A stretch of DNA of 64,000 nucleotides. Source: Candidatus Magasanikbacteria bacterium CG1_02_41_34. GTDB lineage: Bacteria > Patescibacteriota > Patescibacteriia > Magasanikbacterales > UBA922. Position 1 is the stretch's first letter. The number at the start of each line of letters is the position of its first letter. The DNA lies in assembly GCA_001871445.1 (NCBI GenBank), contig MNVD01000025.1, positions 8,808-72,807 of the forward strand, read 5' to 3'. Positions 29,864 through 40,986 of the stretch are shown piece after piece. Position numbers and translations under genes: made by a program. Below the pieces are notes generated by a model. It worked only from the letters and a program-made list of their open reading frames with translations, searched no databases and had not been told where the DNA came from.

Positions 29864-30928
29864 ATGGCAAAGACAACCGAAGAAATGCAAGGAAAAATGA
29901 AAGCTGCGGAAAGTGCAATAGAACAAATAAAACAAAAATATGGAGAGAGTGCCATTATGAAATTTGGCGAAGCTCCATCCTCCGATGTAGATGTAGTATC
30001 CACAGGATCTATTTCTCTCGATATTGCCCTTGGTATTGGGGGTGTACCACGTGGACGTATTATTGAAATTTTTGGGCCAGAAGCAAGTGGAAAGACAACA
30101 CTCGCACAACACATTATTGCGGAGGTACAAAAAGAAGGTGGTATTGCAGCCTTTATCGATGCAGAGCATGCACTCGATCCAGAGTATGCAAAAAAAATCG
30201 GTGTCCAAGTAAAAGACATGCTCATCTCACAACCAGACAATGGAGAGCAAGCACTCGAAATTCTTGAAACACTTGTCCGTTCAAATGCTGTAGACGTCGT
30301 CGTCATCGATTCTGTCGCAGCACTCGTACCAAGAGCAGAAATCGAAGGAGAAATGGGTGATTCACACATGGGACTTCAAGCCAGACTTATGAGTCAGGCA
30401 CTTCGAAAGCTCACGGGTATTGTGAGTAAGAGTAAAACGATCGTAGTGTTCATCAATCAAACGCGTGTAAAGATTGGTGTATTTTTTGGCAATCCAGAAA
30501 CAACGACTGGAGGAAATGCGTTGAAATTTTACAGTTCTATTCGTATCGAAGTCCGTCGTAGTGCACAAATAAAGCAAGGAGAGACGGTGATCGGCAATAG
30601 AGTCAAAGCAAAAATTGTAAAAAATAAAGTTGCGGCTCCATTTCGTACGACGGTTTTTGACATTATGTATAATGAAGGAATTTCTGTGTCAGGAGACCTC
30701 ATCGATACAGGTATCGAATACAAAGTCGTCAATAAATCTGGCAACAGCTATAGTTACAAAGAAGAGAAATTTGGCGTTGGTCGTGAAAAAGCAAAGCAAT
30801 ATCTGAGAGAAAATCCAAAACTCATGAAACAAATTGAAAAAGATATTTGGGTAGCAGTAAAACGTGGGACAGCACCAGATGAAGAAGAAAAAAAATCTGG
30901 CGAAAAGGTGGAAGTGAATGAAGAATAG
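29864..30928 (+). CDS. recA: recombinase RecA
   Basis: [25 protein letters not shown]. Confidence 0.99.
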   Translation: MAKTTEEMQGKMKAAESAIEQIKQKYGESAIMKFGEAPSSDVDVVSTGSISLDIALGIGGVPRGRIIEIFGPEASGKTTLAQHIIAEVQKEGGIAAFIDAEHALDPEYAKKIGVQVKDMLISQPDNGEQALEILETLVRSNAVDVVVIDSVAALVPRAEIEGEMGDSHMGLQARLMSQALRKLTGIVSKSKTIVVFINQTRVKIGVFFGNPETTTGGNALKFYSSIRIEVRRSAQIKQGETVIGNRVKAKIVKNKVAAPFRTTVFDIMYNEGISVSGDLIDTGIEYKVVNKSGNSYSYKEEKFGVGREKAKQYLRENPKLMKQIEKDIWVAVKRGTAPDEEEKKSGEKVEVNEE

Positions 30929-30945
30929 ATGAGGAAGCATGTAAC

Positions 30946-30978
30946 AAAAAACAACCCGATGATACGGGTTGTTTTTTT
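30946..30978. terminator. bidirectional terminator
   Basis: aaaaaacaacccg-atgata-cgggttgttttttt. Confidence 0.85.
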
Positions 30979-30987
30979 GATCATACG

Positions 30988-31617
30988 TTATGCAGCCGAC
31001 TGTTCAAATTCGGAAAGAACTTTTAATATGATATTCAATGTTTCTTTATGTCTTTGCAAATCAGTCAACACATGAGGAAAATAATTACTGTACATAACCG
31101 TTTCATCATCACCATGTGCAGGCATTTTAGGAAATTGTGTTTCAAGTTCATTCATATGAGTAAGCGCAGGAGAATTAATCGCGGTATCAACATCTCCTAT
31201 GCACACTTCTATTTTTTGACGTATTTGTTCTATTATTTGTTTTTGAATTTTTTCTATAACGTCGGCAGATACATATTCCCCAGCAGCTTCCTTAATTTTT
31301 AACGTAACAGCTGACACGACAGCTTCTCTAGTAGGTATAAGTGTTCTACTTACATCTGTTCTTGGTACAAGACTATTCAATTCACTTAATACATCTAGGA
31401 TAGCAATCCTATGATTGTTCTCTATGTCAGACTTTTTTGCAGTCAACTGACCACGTTGCTTTTCATATTCACTAAACGAAATTTTTTCCGCTGGAGTTTC
31501 TTCTGAGCCATCTAACATTGCGATAGCAGCGATAGCATTTCTTTGTTCAGGAGTTAATGTTATGTTATTACTCAAAAACGGTTTTTTCTTTGCGTCTCCA
31601 TATGCCTGCTGTTCCAA
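30988..31617 (-). CDS. hypothetical helical protein, start uncertain
   Basis: 209-aa ORF with a TTG start. Confidence 0.6.
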   Translation of the reverse strand: MEQQAYGDAKKKPFLSNNITLTPEQRNAIAAIAMLDGSEETPAEKISFSEYEKQRGQLTAKKSDIENNHRIAILDVLSELNSLVPRTDVSRTLIPTREAVVSAVTLKIKEAAGEYVSADVIEKIQKQIIEQIRQKIEVCIGDVDTAINSPALTHMNELETQFPKMPAHGDDETVMYSNYFPHVLTDLQRHKETLNIILKVLSEFEQSAA

Positions 31618-31652
31618 TACATAACGTTCTATGGTTCTCGTTAGAGTACTAA

Positions 31653-33248
31653 CTAAGGTATCAAGTTCAATATGGACGTTTTAATGTCTCTATTTTGGAT
31701 GGAATCCTCTGTGTTTTTTTTAGCAGTTTTACCTACTTCAGCAGCAACTACACCGATTGCAGTGTTGATTTCCATTTCCCTTTTCTTTTGTACTTCTGCT
31801 TGACGCTCTTGGTGTTGATGCAAACGAACGGCATCATCTACTGTAGAAGAGTAAGTTTTTGATGATCTTTCTTTAAGTCTAAGTATTGGATATGAAATAG
31901 ATTCTGTAATCTTTTGAATAAATTGGTTGACATCAGGATGTTGCCCATCCGAAGATGTTTTAATTTGTTCTATTATATCAAGGAAATCCTTTTGCGTGTT
32001 TTCTGGAAATACGTCAACATCTGTCGCAGGAGCATAACTATCTTTCAATGATTCTATTGCTGCTGCAAACCTCTGTAATTCCCTTACCAATACATCACGA
32101 CCACTATTCCCTTCTGGATCTTTTTGCCAATCATCACACAATTTTCTCATCCTTTGAAACCCATCAGACCCTGAAAAAAAGTCAACGGTTTCGAGTGCAC
32201 CTCTGCCTCTTTTTTTTGACTCATCTGATCTTTCTTTATATGGTTTACTCGCGTATATAAAAGAAACTTGTTTTTTTTCTTTCACAACATCAGACATCTC
32301 TCGCATAGTCTTCCACATTTCCTCATCAGACATCTCGTCTACAATAGCCTTTATAACTTCTTCTGGCAGTTCTTCTAATACATCATTGCTTATTCCCTTA
32401 AGAGAAAAAGCCTTCTCACGAATTTGTTCTGCTATGAGTGATACAGCTCTTTTTGTATCAAATCCTTTTTTGGCAAATACTGTATCCAATGTTCTAGTAT
32501 CAAGAGCAGTACGGATACTATCCAACAATGCACTGTCTTCTGGATCTCTACCATGCTCGTTATCCCAGGCAGTTTGCTCTTTCTGTTCTAGGGCTCGTAA
32601 CTTTTCTGTTGCTTTGGCCAAAATATCTGGACGAAGATTTGACTGCTGTGCATTTTCAAAAGCTGCTTGTTGTCTTAGCAACGCTTCTGAGGGAACAAGT
32701 GGGGGAATGGGAGGTACTGTTATCTGTGAACTTTCCAGGTTAGCCCTTGTTATTTCGCGTGCGAGAGTAACTCTCTGTTGTTTTTGATATCCTTCATTTC
32801 GTTTTTCCCATGTGATATGTGACAATTCACTACTTACTTGTGTCATCAGGGTAGTCATCTTATCTCGAAAGGCAACTAATTCTTCAGGATCTGTCTCAGA
32901 TACTTCTTCCTGCGAGAGAAGACCTGTTTCAACCAATTCCTGGGTTTTTTGAATATCATTCAACTGTGCTTGTACTTTTTCTGCAAGTGCTTTCAGCTCA
33001 TCCACGATCCCATTCATAGCCTTATCAAACGCTGAAATATCCTCAGCACTGAGATCAACGGACCTAGCTCTTTCTACCATCTGAGAAATTATATTCTTTG
33101 TTTCCTCTACTTCAGTACGAAAGGCATCGGGAACAGAGAGTAACAACTCCTCCACTTGCTGATAGGTAGTATCTGGAGTTGGGAGGCTTTCTGTGTTGGG
33201 TATATGTTCTTCGGGTATACCTGGGGCATCGTGGTTTGCTCTAGTCAT
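31653..33248 (-). CDS. hypothetical coiled-coil-rich protein
   Basis: 531-aa ORF, no recognised family. Confidence 0.75.
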   Translation of the reverse strand: MTRANHDAPGIPEEHIPNTESLPTPDTTYQQVEELLLSVPDAFRTEVEETKNIISQMVERARSVDLSAEDISAFDKAMNGIVDELKALAEKVQAQLNDIQKTQELVETGLLSQEEVSETDPEELVAFRDKMTTLMTQVSSELSHITWEKRNEGYQKQQRVTLAREITRANLESSQITVPPIPPLVPSEALLRQQAAFENAQQSNLRPDILAKATEKLRALEQKEQTAWDNEHGRDPEDSALLDSIRTALDTRTLDTVFAKKGFDTKRAVSLIAEQIREKAFSLKGISNDVLEELPEEVIKAIVDEMSDEEMWKTMREMSDVVKEKKQVSFIYASKPYKERSDESKKRGRGALETVDFFSGSDGFQRMRKLCDDWQKDPEGNSGRDVLVRELQRFAAAIESLKDSYAPATDVDVFPENTQKDFLDIIEQIKTSSDGQHPDVNQFIQKITESISYPILRLKERSSKTYSSTVDDAVRLHQHQERQAEVQKKREMEINTAIGVVAAEVGKTAKKNTEDSIQNRDIKTSILNLIP

Positions 33249-33270
33249 ATATGTATATTCAAAAACGAAA

Positions 33271-33435
33271 TTATTCCATGTCTATTATTTTCTTTTGTAT
33301 CTGTTTTTTTTCAGCTTCTTCGATCTTTTTCTTAAACGCATTTAGAGTCTTTGTTCTTTTTGTTTTTAACGAAGACATGTTTTTTTTGAAATCTGCGAGT
33401 ATGCCTGTGAGTGTTTGTTGCGTATTTTTTGCCAT
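33271..33435 (-). CDS. small basic hypothetical protein, 54 aa
   Basis: Manual translation MAKNTQQTLTGILADFKKNMSSLK...KKIIDME; fills the gap in the same orientation. Confidence 0.6.
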   Translation of the reverse strand: MAKNTQQTLTGILADFKKNMSSLKTKRTKTLNAFKKKIEEAEKKQIQKKIIDME

Positions 33436-33540
33436 ATAACAAAGAATTTATGTAAAAAATATTGGAACGAATATACATTGTATGATAGCAATATATTGTT
33501 TATTTAGCAAAAAAACACGCCCGTAGGCGTACTTTTTTGC

Positions 33541-35403
33541 TTATTTATACATGAGCGCAATCCCCACCCCAGTATAGTAATATTTCAATAATGCTTTGTA
33601 ATCCAACCCTTCTTCTTTTGCACGGATATTTGCATCTCGCTGACTCATCCCCACCCCATGTCCAAACTGCAACTTTCCATCGCGAAGATCGTACGTTGCT
33701 TTGACTGGCACGAGCCATGGCTTTTCACTTCCACCCCAGACACTTTTCCAACTCTTGGTGTATCCACTACTATTTCCAAAGTATGGTGTCGTGACAACTT
33801 GTCCGTCATACATCACCATACGCCCACGAGATGCCGCTGACGCTTCTGCAATTTGCGGATTGTAGACTTCAACATTGTATCCAAGGTACAGCTGATCGTA
33901 TGTGCTTGCAAGGACATCAAAGAAAGAATACTTTCCTTTGCTGAGATACGCGTATGTTCGGGCTGCTGTAAGATTTGCTTTTACAAATTCAAATTGATTT
34001 CCTTTTCCAGTTTCAGAAATTCCTTTGACATAATCTTCAAGAAACAAATCATTCACAGCATACAACACATTATCCTTTTCTCCTTTTCGATATTCAAGTA
34101 TACCACGATATTTATTGAAATCTCCCGGACCAACCCAACTCATAGGACGTGACACATCCATGAGGGTAAAAACTGCGTGAGGATTATTCACGGGTTCAAG
34201 ACGGAGCACGCCGGTGGTCTGAAATAGAACATCACTCCCATCAAATGAGTACACTCCATCAAGATAGGTCATGATAGCAATTTTTTTCTGAGGCAATATA
34301 CCAACTTCTGCGCCGTCATTCAACACTCGATAGTCATCTTCGTATGACACAAACTGGAGTGTCTGATCATCTGTACTGATCCCAACACGAATCCGTGGCT
34401 CTTCGGCAAGTCGTGGCGTTTCTATATCAACAATTTCTACACTATTCCCAAATGAAGGTGCAACATAATTGAGCGGAGCATTTTCTGTGACATGCACACT
34501 AATATCAAATGTGTCGAGACGTTGCCCCTCAACTTGAAGACCTGCAGTGAAAGTGTAATCACCTTTTGTCTTTGGTGCTCGAAAGGTAAATGTGTGTCGA
34601 ACAATTCCACTCTGATCAACAGCATCATTTGCCGCCAGAATCACACTCCCATTTGTCCAGCTGTGATCAACAAAGCTTGTTCCTGCAGTTGCAAGTGATG
34701 TCGCTGCACCAGATGTCAATTGATAACCCTGCCATGCATTGCCGCCAGTATTTTGGTAAATCGCCACTACACTTATAGGATCTCCACCAACAGCATCTAC
34801 AGATTTTTTTGAAAGACCGATACGTTTTGCTTCGTACGTTGTAGTTGCAACAATATCTTCTGAAGTATTTTCCACAACGGTGTCCGATATTTTCACTACG
34901 TTCTTTACAACCTCTGCAGGCACTACTTGTATATCCAGATAAAAATACCCATCGCCTACCCAAGACCAATTTTCTATTGCAAGATGAAATTCTTCTTTAT
35001 AAGAACCTGTTTTCTCTGGTGCATGAAGAAAGACACCAAGCTCGCCTATCTCTCCTGGCTTTACTGTCCCTGCCATACGACCAATTTGCTTTGGTGTGTT
35101 CCAGCCAGTCCCAAAAAATACTGAATCTCTATCACGAGGCCCCATAGTATAGGCAGAAATATAATTTTTCCCTTCATTTACCCAAGATTTTGTTCCTGTA
35201 TTTTTAAACTTGATCTTTACCAACTTTGTCTCGCCTGCTTCGATGGTGAGAGGATCTGATTCTGATTGAGATACAAATGTTGCACTATATGCACTATCAC
35301 GAATACTGAGATCAGGATCAGCAGCATCAACTCGTGTTGCTGAGAGCCCCAATAGGGTTAGGGTCATGACAAAAGAAAGGAGAAAAGCAAAATATTTATT
35401 CAT
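33541..35403 (-). CDS. SpoIID/LytB-domain secreted protein with Ig-like domains
   Basis: Signal peptide; LEDYVKGISE, AARTYA, GHGVGMSQ, LKYYYTG. Confidence 0.9.
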   Translation of the reverse strand: MNKYFAFLLSFVMTLTLLGLSATRVDAADPDLSIRDSAYSATFVSQSESDPLTIEAGETKLVKIKFKNTGTKSWVNEGKNYISAYTMGPRDRDSVFFGTGWNTPKQIGRMAGTVKPGEIGELGVFLHAPEKTGSYKEEFHLAIENWSWVGDGYFYLDIQVVPAEVVKNVVKISDTVVENTSEDIVATTTYEAKRIGLSKKSVDAVGGDPISVVAIYQNTGGNAWQGYQLTSGAATSLATAGTSFVDHSWTNGSVILAANDAVDQSGIVRHTFTFRAPKTKGDYTFTAGLQVEGQRLDTFDISVHVTENAPLNYVAPSFGNSVEIVDIETPRLAEEPRIRVGISTDDQTLQFVSYEDDYRVLNDGAEVGILPQKKIAIMTYLDGVYSFDGSDVLFQTTGVLRLEPVNNPHAVFTLMDVSRPMSWVGPGDFNKYRGILEYRKGEKDNVLYAVNDLFLEDYVKGISETGKGNQFEFVKANLTAARTYAYLSKGKYSFFDVLASTYDQLYLGYNVEVYNPQIAEASAASRGRMVMYDGQVVTTPYFGNSSGYTKSWKSVWGGSEKPWLVPVKATYDLRDGKLQFGHGVGMSQRDANIRAKEEGLDYKALLKYYYTGVGIALMYK

Positions 35404-35530
35404 AAAAAGTATTATCTTAGATATATCAGTATATCAAATTTTCAAAGAGCTTTCCAATTGCGAAAATGCGTAGAAAAAGGTAGAGTGTATATGATTCCCT
35501 CCTACAAAGGAGGAAAATTCTTCTCTTTCT

Positions 35531-36949
35531 ATGTCTACCACAAGACAAATTGCTCACAACACGGCTGCACAATTCGTAGGTAAGATCGTTTCCACAGGTC
35601 TCGGCCTTTTTGCGATCGGCATGATGACACGCTATCTTGGTACAGAACGATTTGGGTGGTATGTCACCACTATCGCATTTTTGCAATTTCTCGCCATTCT
35701 TATCGACTTTGGACTCATCCCTGTCACCGCGCAGATGATGGGAGAGAAAAAAATAGAAGAACAAACGCTCCTCCAAAATCTCCTCGGCTACCGATTTGTG
35801 ACAGCCTTTCTCTTTCTTGCACTCGCTCCTGCTCTTGCGCTTCTTTTTCCCTACCCAATCGAAGTAAAGATCGCAATCAGCTTTACCACGATCAATATGC
35901 TCGCAGTTGCCATGAATCAAATTTTTGTAGGCTACTATCAGAGCAAATTGAACATGCATTTGCAAGCAATTGGTGAAGTGATTGGGCGTATTGTCCTCGT
36001 GGGTGGACTGGCACTCATGCTCTATACCGATGCAGGATTTCTGCCTGTCATGATCGTACTCACACTTGCCAGCATTGCCTACACGGCATACATGTGGATT
36101 TCAGCATTCAGGATTGCAAAACCTGTGTTTGCGTTTGACACGAATATATGGAAAGCAATTACAAAAAAAATGTGGCCGATTGCGATTTCTATTATTTTTA
36201 ATGTCATGTATCTCAAAGGAGATACCGTTATTTTATCTCTCTATCAATCGCAGGCAGAGGTTGGTATCTATGGAGCTGCATATCGTGTCATTGATATCCT
36301 TGCGCAGATGGCAATGATGATGATGGGGCTCATGCTCCCACTCCTAGCAGGAGCGTGGGCACAAAAAAATAGCAAACGCATGCACCAGCTATATCAACAG
36401 AGCTTTGATATAATGATGCTCTTTGCTGTGCCACTGGTTCTTGGTGGTGTGATGCTTGCGACGCCCATCATGACACTCGTCGCTGGGCCAGGATATGAAC
36501 ATGCAGGCCCGATCTTGTCATTCTTACTCATCAGTACGTTTTTTCTTTATGTCGGGGCGATCTACGGGCATCTTGCTGTGGCTATTGATAAACAAAAACA
36601 AACCATGTGGATCTATATCAGCAATGCCATCATTACGGTGATTGGGTATTTTTATTTCATCCCTCGCTATGGTCTCTGGGGTGCTGCGGGCATGACACTC
36701 TTTAGCGAGGCATATGCGGGTATCATGTTATTGTTCACAGTGCGACACTATGTGAAATTGAAACTCAACATACAAACATTTGGAAAAATACTTTTTTCTG
36801 CTGTGGTCATGGCTGCTGCGATATATATATTTAGAGGTTGGCATGTCTTGATTCTCTTACCTCTCGGAGGCACTATTTATCTCGCATTTTTGTATGGGCT
36901 AGGTGCAGTGTCAAAGGAAACGATGCGAGAAATATTACACAGAAAATAA
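35531..36949 (+). CDS. polysaccharide flippase (Wzx-like)
   Basis: Multi-TM; TRYLGTERFG, VGIYGAAYR. Confidence 0.9.
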   Translation: MSTTRQIAHNTAAQFVGKIVSTGLGLFAIGMMTRYLGTERFGWYVTTIAFLQFLAILIDFGLIPVTAQMMGEKKIEEQTLLQNLLGYRFVTAFLFLALAPALALLFPYPIEVKIAISFTTINMLAVAMNQIFVGYYQSKLNMHLQAIGEVIGRIVLVGGLALMLYTDAGFLPVMIVLTLASIAYTAYMWISAFRIAKPVFAFDTNIWKAITKKMWPIAISIIFNVMYLKGDTVILSLYQSQAEVGIYGAAYRVIDILAQMAMMMMGLMLPLLAGAWAQKNSKRMHQLYQQSFDIMMLFAVPLVLGGVMLATPIMTLVAGPGYEHAGPILSFLLISTFFLYVGAIYGHLAVAIDKQKQTMWIYISNAIITVIGYFYFIPRYGLWGAAGMTLFSEAYAGIMLLFTVRHYVKLKLNIQTFGKILFSAVVMAAAIYIFRGWHVLILLPLGGTIYLAFLYGLGAVSKETMREILHRK

Positions 36950-36952
36950 CGT

Positions 36953-37636
36953 ATGGCAAACAACATACAATATACCTGTCTTATTCCTTTTTTTAATGAG
37001 GGCAACCGCATTCTCGATACACTTTTGATCGCAACCAAAGCTCATTCATTTGCACATATTATTTGTGTCGATGACGGATCTACTGACAACATGTCAGAAA
37101 CTATCATTTCACAATTTCCGCAAGTAGAACTCATTTCTCTGTCTCAAAACAAAGGGAAAAGTTATGCAATTTTTTCAGGTCTTGAAGCTTCACATACTTC
37201 TCATGTATTCCTTCTCGATGCTGATCTTAAAGGACTCACTCCAGAGGAATTGGATCTCGCAATTACACGCTATGAAGAGCATCATCTCGACATGCTCATC
37301 CTAGGGAGAAAGGACAGTAATCTTTTTGTTCGATTAAATCGTGGAGACGTTCTTTTTTCAGGGCAAAGAATTATGAAAGCAACGGATCTTCATACTATTT
37401 TTTTGAAACAACCATCCGACTACCAACTTGAAATTGCTATCAACATGTTTATGAGACAACACAAAAAATCTGTAGCATGGATGACATCGGCAATACTCAA
37501 TACCTACAAATCACACAAATGGGGATTTATTCAGGGTGTCAAACAAGAGATAGCAATGGCATGGGATCTAGTCCATTATGCAGGTATCCGAGAATATGTG
37601 GTGCAAATCCTCACATTTTCAAAACAACAAGTATGA
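36953..37636 (+). CDS. glycosyltransferase family 2
   Basis: IPFFNE, VDDGSTD, NKGKS, LDADL. Confidence 0.92.
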   Translation: MANNIQYTCLIPFFNEGNRILDTLLIATKAHSFAHIICVDDGSTDNMSETIISQFPQVELISLSQNKGKSYAIFSGLEASHTSHVFLLDADLKGLTPEELDLAITRYEEHHLDMLILGRKDSNLFVRLNRGDVLFSGQRIMKATDLHTIFLKQPSDYQLEIAINMFMRQHKKSVAWMTSAILNTYKSHKWGFIQGVKQEIAMAWDLVHYAGIREYVVQILTFSKQQV

Positions 37637-38907
37637 TCGCTTTCTACATTCTCTACGCAGCATTCTATTTTCTGATCACGTGGCAACGCTTTTCCTACGG
37701 TGTTTTTTTGCTGTTTCTTCTTCTACCGACATACTTACTTCGATTCTCTATAGGCCCACTCCCAATGACGATTCTTGAAATCATGATTTTGGTAGTATGT
37801 ATAATAGGGATTCTGAAACACGCAAGGCACATTGAAGAATCTCTTCTTACCCTTTTTAAAAAACATAGGCTGTTCACACTAGGAACAATACTTTTTCTCA
37901 TTGCAGCAACAGTATCAATCTTTACTGCTGTCGATATGCGTGCTGCTCTTGGTGAATGGAAGGCATTTTACATAGAACCGTTTGCACTTTTCCTTATTCT
38001 CTACTTTGCAAGAGATCGTATAGAGATAAAAACAGATATTCTTCTTCCACTCGTACTTTCTGGACTTGCAACATCGCTCTTTGCAATAATTCAACACTTC
38101 ACAGGATGGATGGTGCCCTGGGATTTTTGGCAGAATAATGCGACATATCGCGTGACCACGTGGTATGGCTTTCCAAATGGTGTAGGATTATTCATTGCGC
38201 CGCTCGTTGTACTAGCGGTAGCAATCGTGTGGCAACGTCTCTTCCAAAAACAAAAAGATGATTGGGCAACTGGGCAATTTGTGAGCTGGATATTGTTGGT
38301 TTCTTGTTTTTCATTACTTCTTATCGGACCTCTCGCTATATATTATGCAAAATCAACTGGTGGACTTATTGGTGTTGCGGCTGGTATCGGAATGATATTG
38401 CTTTTACATAAAAAAACTCGTTGGTCAGCTGTTGCCGTTGGTATTGTTGGACTGATAAGTCTTCTGAGCATTCCAAGACTTCATAGCCTTCGAGCAGAAC
38501 TCTTCTTCCAAGATCGTTCCGGACAAATTCGTCTGTCGATGTGGCAAGACACAATAAACTTACTCCAAGATCGTCCGCTCCTCGGTGCAGGATTGGCATC
38601 GTATGATGAACGTATTGCCCCCTATCACACGATGGTCAATGGTGAAGGTATAGAAATTTTTCATCATCCACACAATATCTTTCTCACAATGTATGTGAAT
38701 CTTGGTGTGTTTGGTCTTATCGGATTTATCCTAATGATTATTGGATTGTTTTTTTCTGCTACAAGGAAATATGGCTTATGGATCATGGTACTTGCACTTA
38801 TCACCACGTTCGTAGTGACAGGTCTTGTGGATTCACCATATATAAAGAATGATTTGGCAGTGTTGTTTTGGGTGTTTCCATTGATGCTAGTGGCTAGACA
38901 AGACTGA
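37633..38907 (+). CDS. O-antigen ligase family protein
   Basis: R..MW, PLLGAG, HPHN; start overlaps the GT2 stop (ATGA). Confidence 0.88.
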   Translation: MIAFYILYAAFYFLITWQRFSYGVFLLFLLLPTYLLRFSIGPLPMTILEIMILVVCIIGILKHARHIEESLLTLFKKHRLFTLGTILFLIAATVSIFTAVDMRAALGEWKAFYIEPFALFLILYFARDRIEIKTDILLPLVLSGLATSLFAIIQHFTGWMVPWDFWQNNATYRVTTWYGFPNGVGLFIAPLVVLAVAIVWQRLFQKQKDDWATGQFVSWILLVSCFSLLLIGPLAIYYAKSTGGLIGVAAGIGMILLLHKKTRWSAVAVGIVGLISLLSIPRLHSLRAELFFQDRSGQIRLSMWQDTINLLQDRPLLGAGLASYDERIAPYHTMVNGEGIEIFHHPHNIFLTMYVNLGVFGLIGFILMIIGLFFSATRKYGLWIMVLALITTFVVTGLVDSPYIKNDLAVLFWVFPLMLVARQD

Positions 38908-38933
38908 CTTCTTGGCGTACAATCCGAGACCAT

Positions 38934-39023
38934 GGAGAGGTGTCAGAGTGGTCGAATGTGCCGCTTTCGAAAAGCGGTGTTCGGGAAACCGAACCGCGGG
39001 TTCAAATCCCGCCCTCTCCGCCA
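38934..39023 (+). tRNA. tRNA-Ser(CGA)
   Basis: GGAGAGG/CCTCTCC acceptor, ccgct-TTCGAAA-agcgg anticodon arm, long variable arm, GGTTCAAATCC, encoded CCA; TAGACA-17-TACAAT upstream. Confidence 0.97.
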
Positions 39024-39205
39024 ATTTTCAGAATTTTCGGAAGTTTTACGCACCTGAGGTGTGGTCACCTCGCCTGAGGGAGAGGCTGAAAGGGCTGATT
39101 TTATCATGCTCGCAGACGGGAGTTGCTCCAGCAGCTTCTATATATTTTTGGATATACAGCAATACAAAAATACGGTATGATATAAAAGTATTTTGTAAAT
39201 TTTTT

Positions 39206-39826
39206 ATGAAAAAACGCTCAACCAATCTACAGCATTACTTCCTTCAAGATATCAATCCCGTTATTCGATTTCTTATTCTTTCAGATACCATTGTTATGGG
39301 ATCTGTGGGATTGTTGGGGCCAATTTTTGCACTCTTTATTACAGATTTTATTACTGGTGGAAATGAAGCTGTCGCAGGACTTGCAGCGGGCATTTATCTT
39401 TTTACAAAAAGCGTTCTTCAAATTCCTATTGCACATTTTATCGACAAAATACGCGGAGAAAAAGATGACTTTTGGCTCTTGTTTATTTTTACCCTACTCA
39501 TGGCGTTTGTTCCTCTACTCTATCTTATCATTCATACCCCAGCCCAACTGTACCTAGTTCAATTTTTATTAGGTTTTTTTACTGCGTTTACATTCCCTAC
39601 ATACATGGCAATTTTTACTCGTCATATCGATAAAAAAAAGGAAGGGACAGAATGGGGTGTGTATTTCACACTCACAGATTTGACAAGTGCAGCACTTGCA
39701 GCACTTGGTGGATTTATCGCCACATATAGTGGATTTCCGATTCTTATCGTATCGGTTGTGGTTGTATCATTTATTGGAGCGCTCCTCCTCTGGCCTATCA
39801 AACCGTATCTTAAAATGTCTTCATAA
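39206..39826 (+). CDS. half-size MFS-like membrane protein
   Basis: About 6 TMs, AHFIDKIRG motif-A-like; start at MKKRS (the longer ORF overlaps the tRNA). Confidence 0.8.
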   Translation: MKKRSTNLQHYFLQDINPVIRFLILSDTIVMGSVGLLGPIFALFITDFITGGNEAVAGLAAGIYLFTKSVLQIPIAHFIDKIRGEKDDFWLLFIFTLLMAFVPLLYLIIHTPAQLYLVQFLLGFFTAFTFPTYMAIFTRHIDKKKEGTEWGVYFTLTDLTSAALAALGGFIATYSGFPILIVSVVVVSFIGALLLWPIKPYLKMSS

Positions 39827-39837
39827 CCACATTATAT

Positions 39838-40236
39838 ATGAAAAAACTCTTCAACATACTTTTCGTCACACTTGGTATCATCTTCTTCCTCCTGATTCTT
39901 GCGGGTGTGTATCTCTACGTCGCCGATCCGTATGGGATAAAGCCACTCATCCAGCAACTCTCTGGACAAGCAACTCCTATGTCTCCAACTCCAACCTCAC
40001 CAACAACACCGACGGAACAAAAAAACACGACTGCCAGTACAAATCCCCTTTTGTCACCAACACAAGAACAAACATTAGAAAAATTGGGGATAGATACTGC
40101 GACGTTGCCGACAAGCATCACACCAGCAATGGAAGCATGTTTCTATACAAAGCTCGGCATCACTCGTGCAGATGAAATCAAACATGGTGCAACACCTACT
40201 GCAGGTGATTATTTCGCAGCTCGTTCTTGTCTTTAA
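39838..40236 (+). CDS. membrane-anchored hypothetical protein
   Basis: N-terminal TM, P/T-rich linker, Cys pair. Confidence 0.8.
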   Translation: MKKLFNILFVTLGIIFFLLILAGVYLYVADPYGIKPLIQQLSGQATPMSPTPTSPTTPTEQKNTTASTNPLLSPTQEQTLEKLGIDTATLPTSITPAMEACFYTKLGITRADEIKHGATPTAGDYFAARSCL

Positions 40237-40250
40237 AATATATTCTGTAT

Positions 40251-40286
40251 AAAAAACATCCCCGTCACTTCGACGGGGATGTTTTT
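40251..40286. terminator. bidirectional terminator
   Basis: aaaaaacatccccgtc-acttc-gacggggatgttttt. Confidence 0.85.
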
Positions 40287-40291
40287 ATTTC

Positions 40292-40852
40292 TCAAAACTT
40301 TTCATGAATATGCAAATGCTTCCGCATGTGCCACTTCCACGATTGAAAACTTTCTACGAGCACAATAAATCCAAGTATCACCATCACCGTCACAACTGGT
40401 TGTGTGTGATACAACGGCACATGAATACTTGTAGGCAACGATCCAGACACTCCTCTCAACAAAAGCCATAGGAGCCAACCAAACACACCGGCAACCAAAA
40501 ACTTCACCAGAAAAAAATCAAAATTCAAAAAATTCTGAATAAATTTTCCATCCATTTTTCTAATCCACTTGATATATTTCCGAGACACAGGATGTTTGCG
40601 GGTATACAACACCAACAATTTTCCAATAAAAATGAGTACCGCAAGTACCACAATAGAAAGAACAATATCCCTCATCACATGCCACCATGTTGGGTATTCT
40701 CCTCGAAGTGTCATCACGAGCGGGGTATCCATCAGCTGGAGACCTTTTGGGAGGGTAAGAGTGGCATAGAGAAAGATAAGGCCCGCAATACGCTGAATCC
40801 AGAGCAGCCATGAGCTATATTTTTTTTGCTGTGGGTAGAATATTTTTTCCAT
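40292..40852 (-). CDS. 4-TM hypothetical membrane protein
   Basis: ORF 40292..40948; ATG at 40852 preferred. Confidence 0.7.
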   Translation of the reverse strand: MEKIFYPQQKKYSSWLLWIQRIAGLIFLYATLTLPKGLQLMDTPLVMTLRGEYPTWWHVMRDIVLSIVVLAVLIFIGKLLVLYTRKHPVSRKYIKWIRKMDGKFIQNFLNFDFFLVKFLVAGVFGWLLWLLLRGVSGSLPTSIHVPLYHTQPVVTVMVILGFIVLVESFQSWKWHMRKHLHIHEKF

Positions 40853-40986
40853 AGGGTGGAACTCTTTACAAGATCGTTTTCTTACGCTATTGTACCACGG
40901 CTCGACAGCTTGACAAAATAACAGTTTTGTGCTACATTGAGCCATCAATCTTATTTATACTATAATTGTATTAATAACACATATCT

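Noticed and set aside
38912-39205. N-terminal extension of the 304-aa ORF
   Set aside because: Overlaps tRNA-Ser; the real start is probably 39206.
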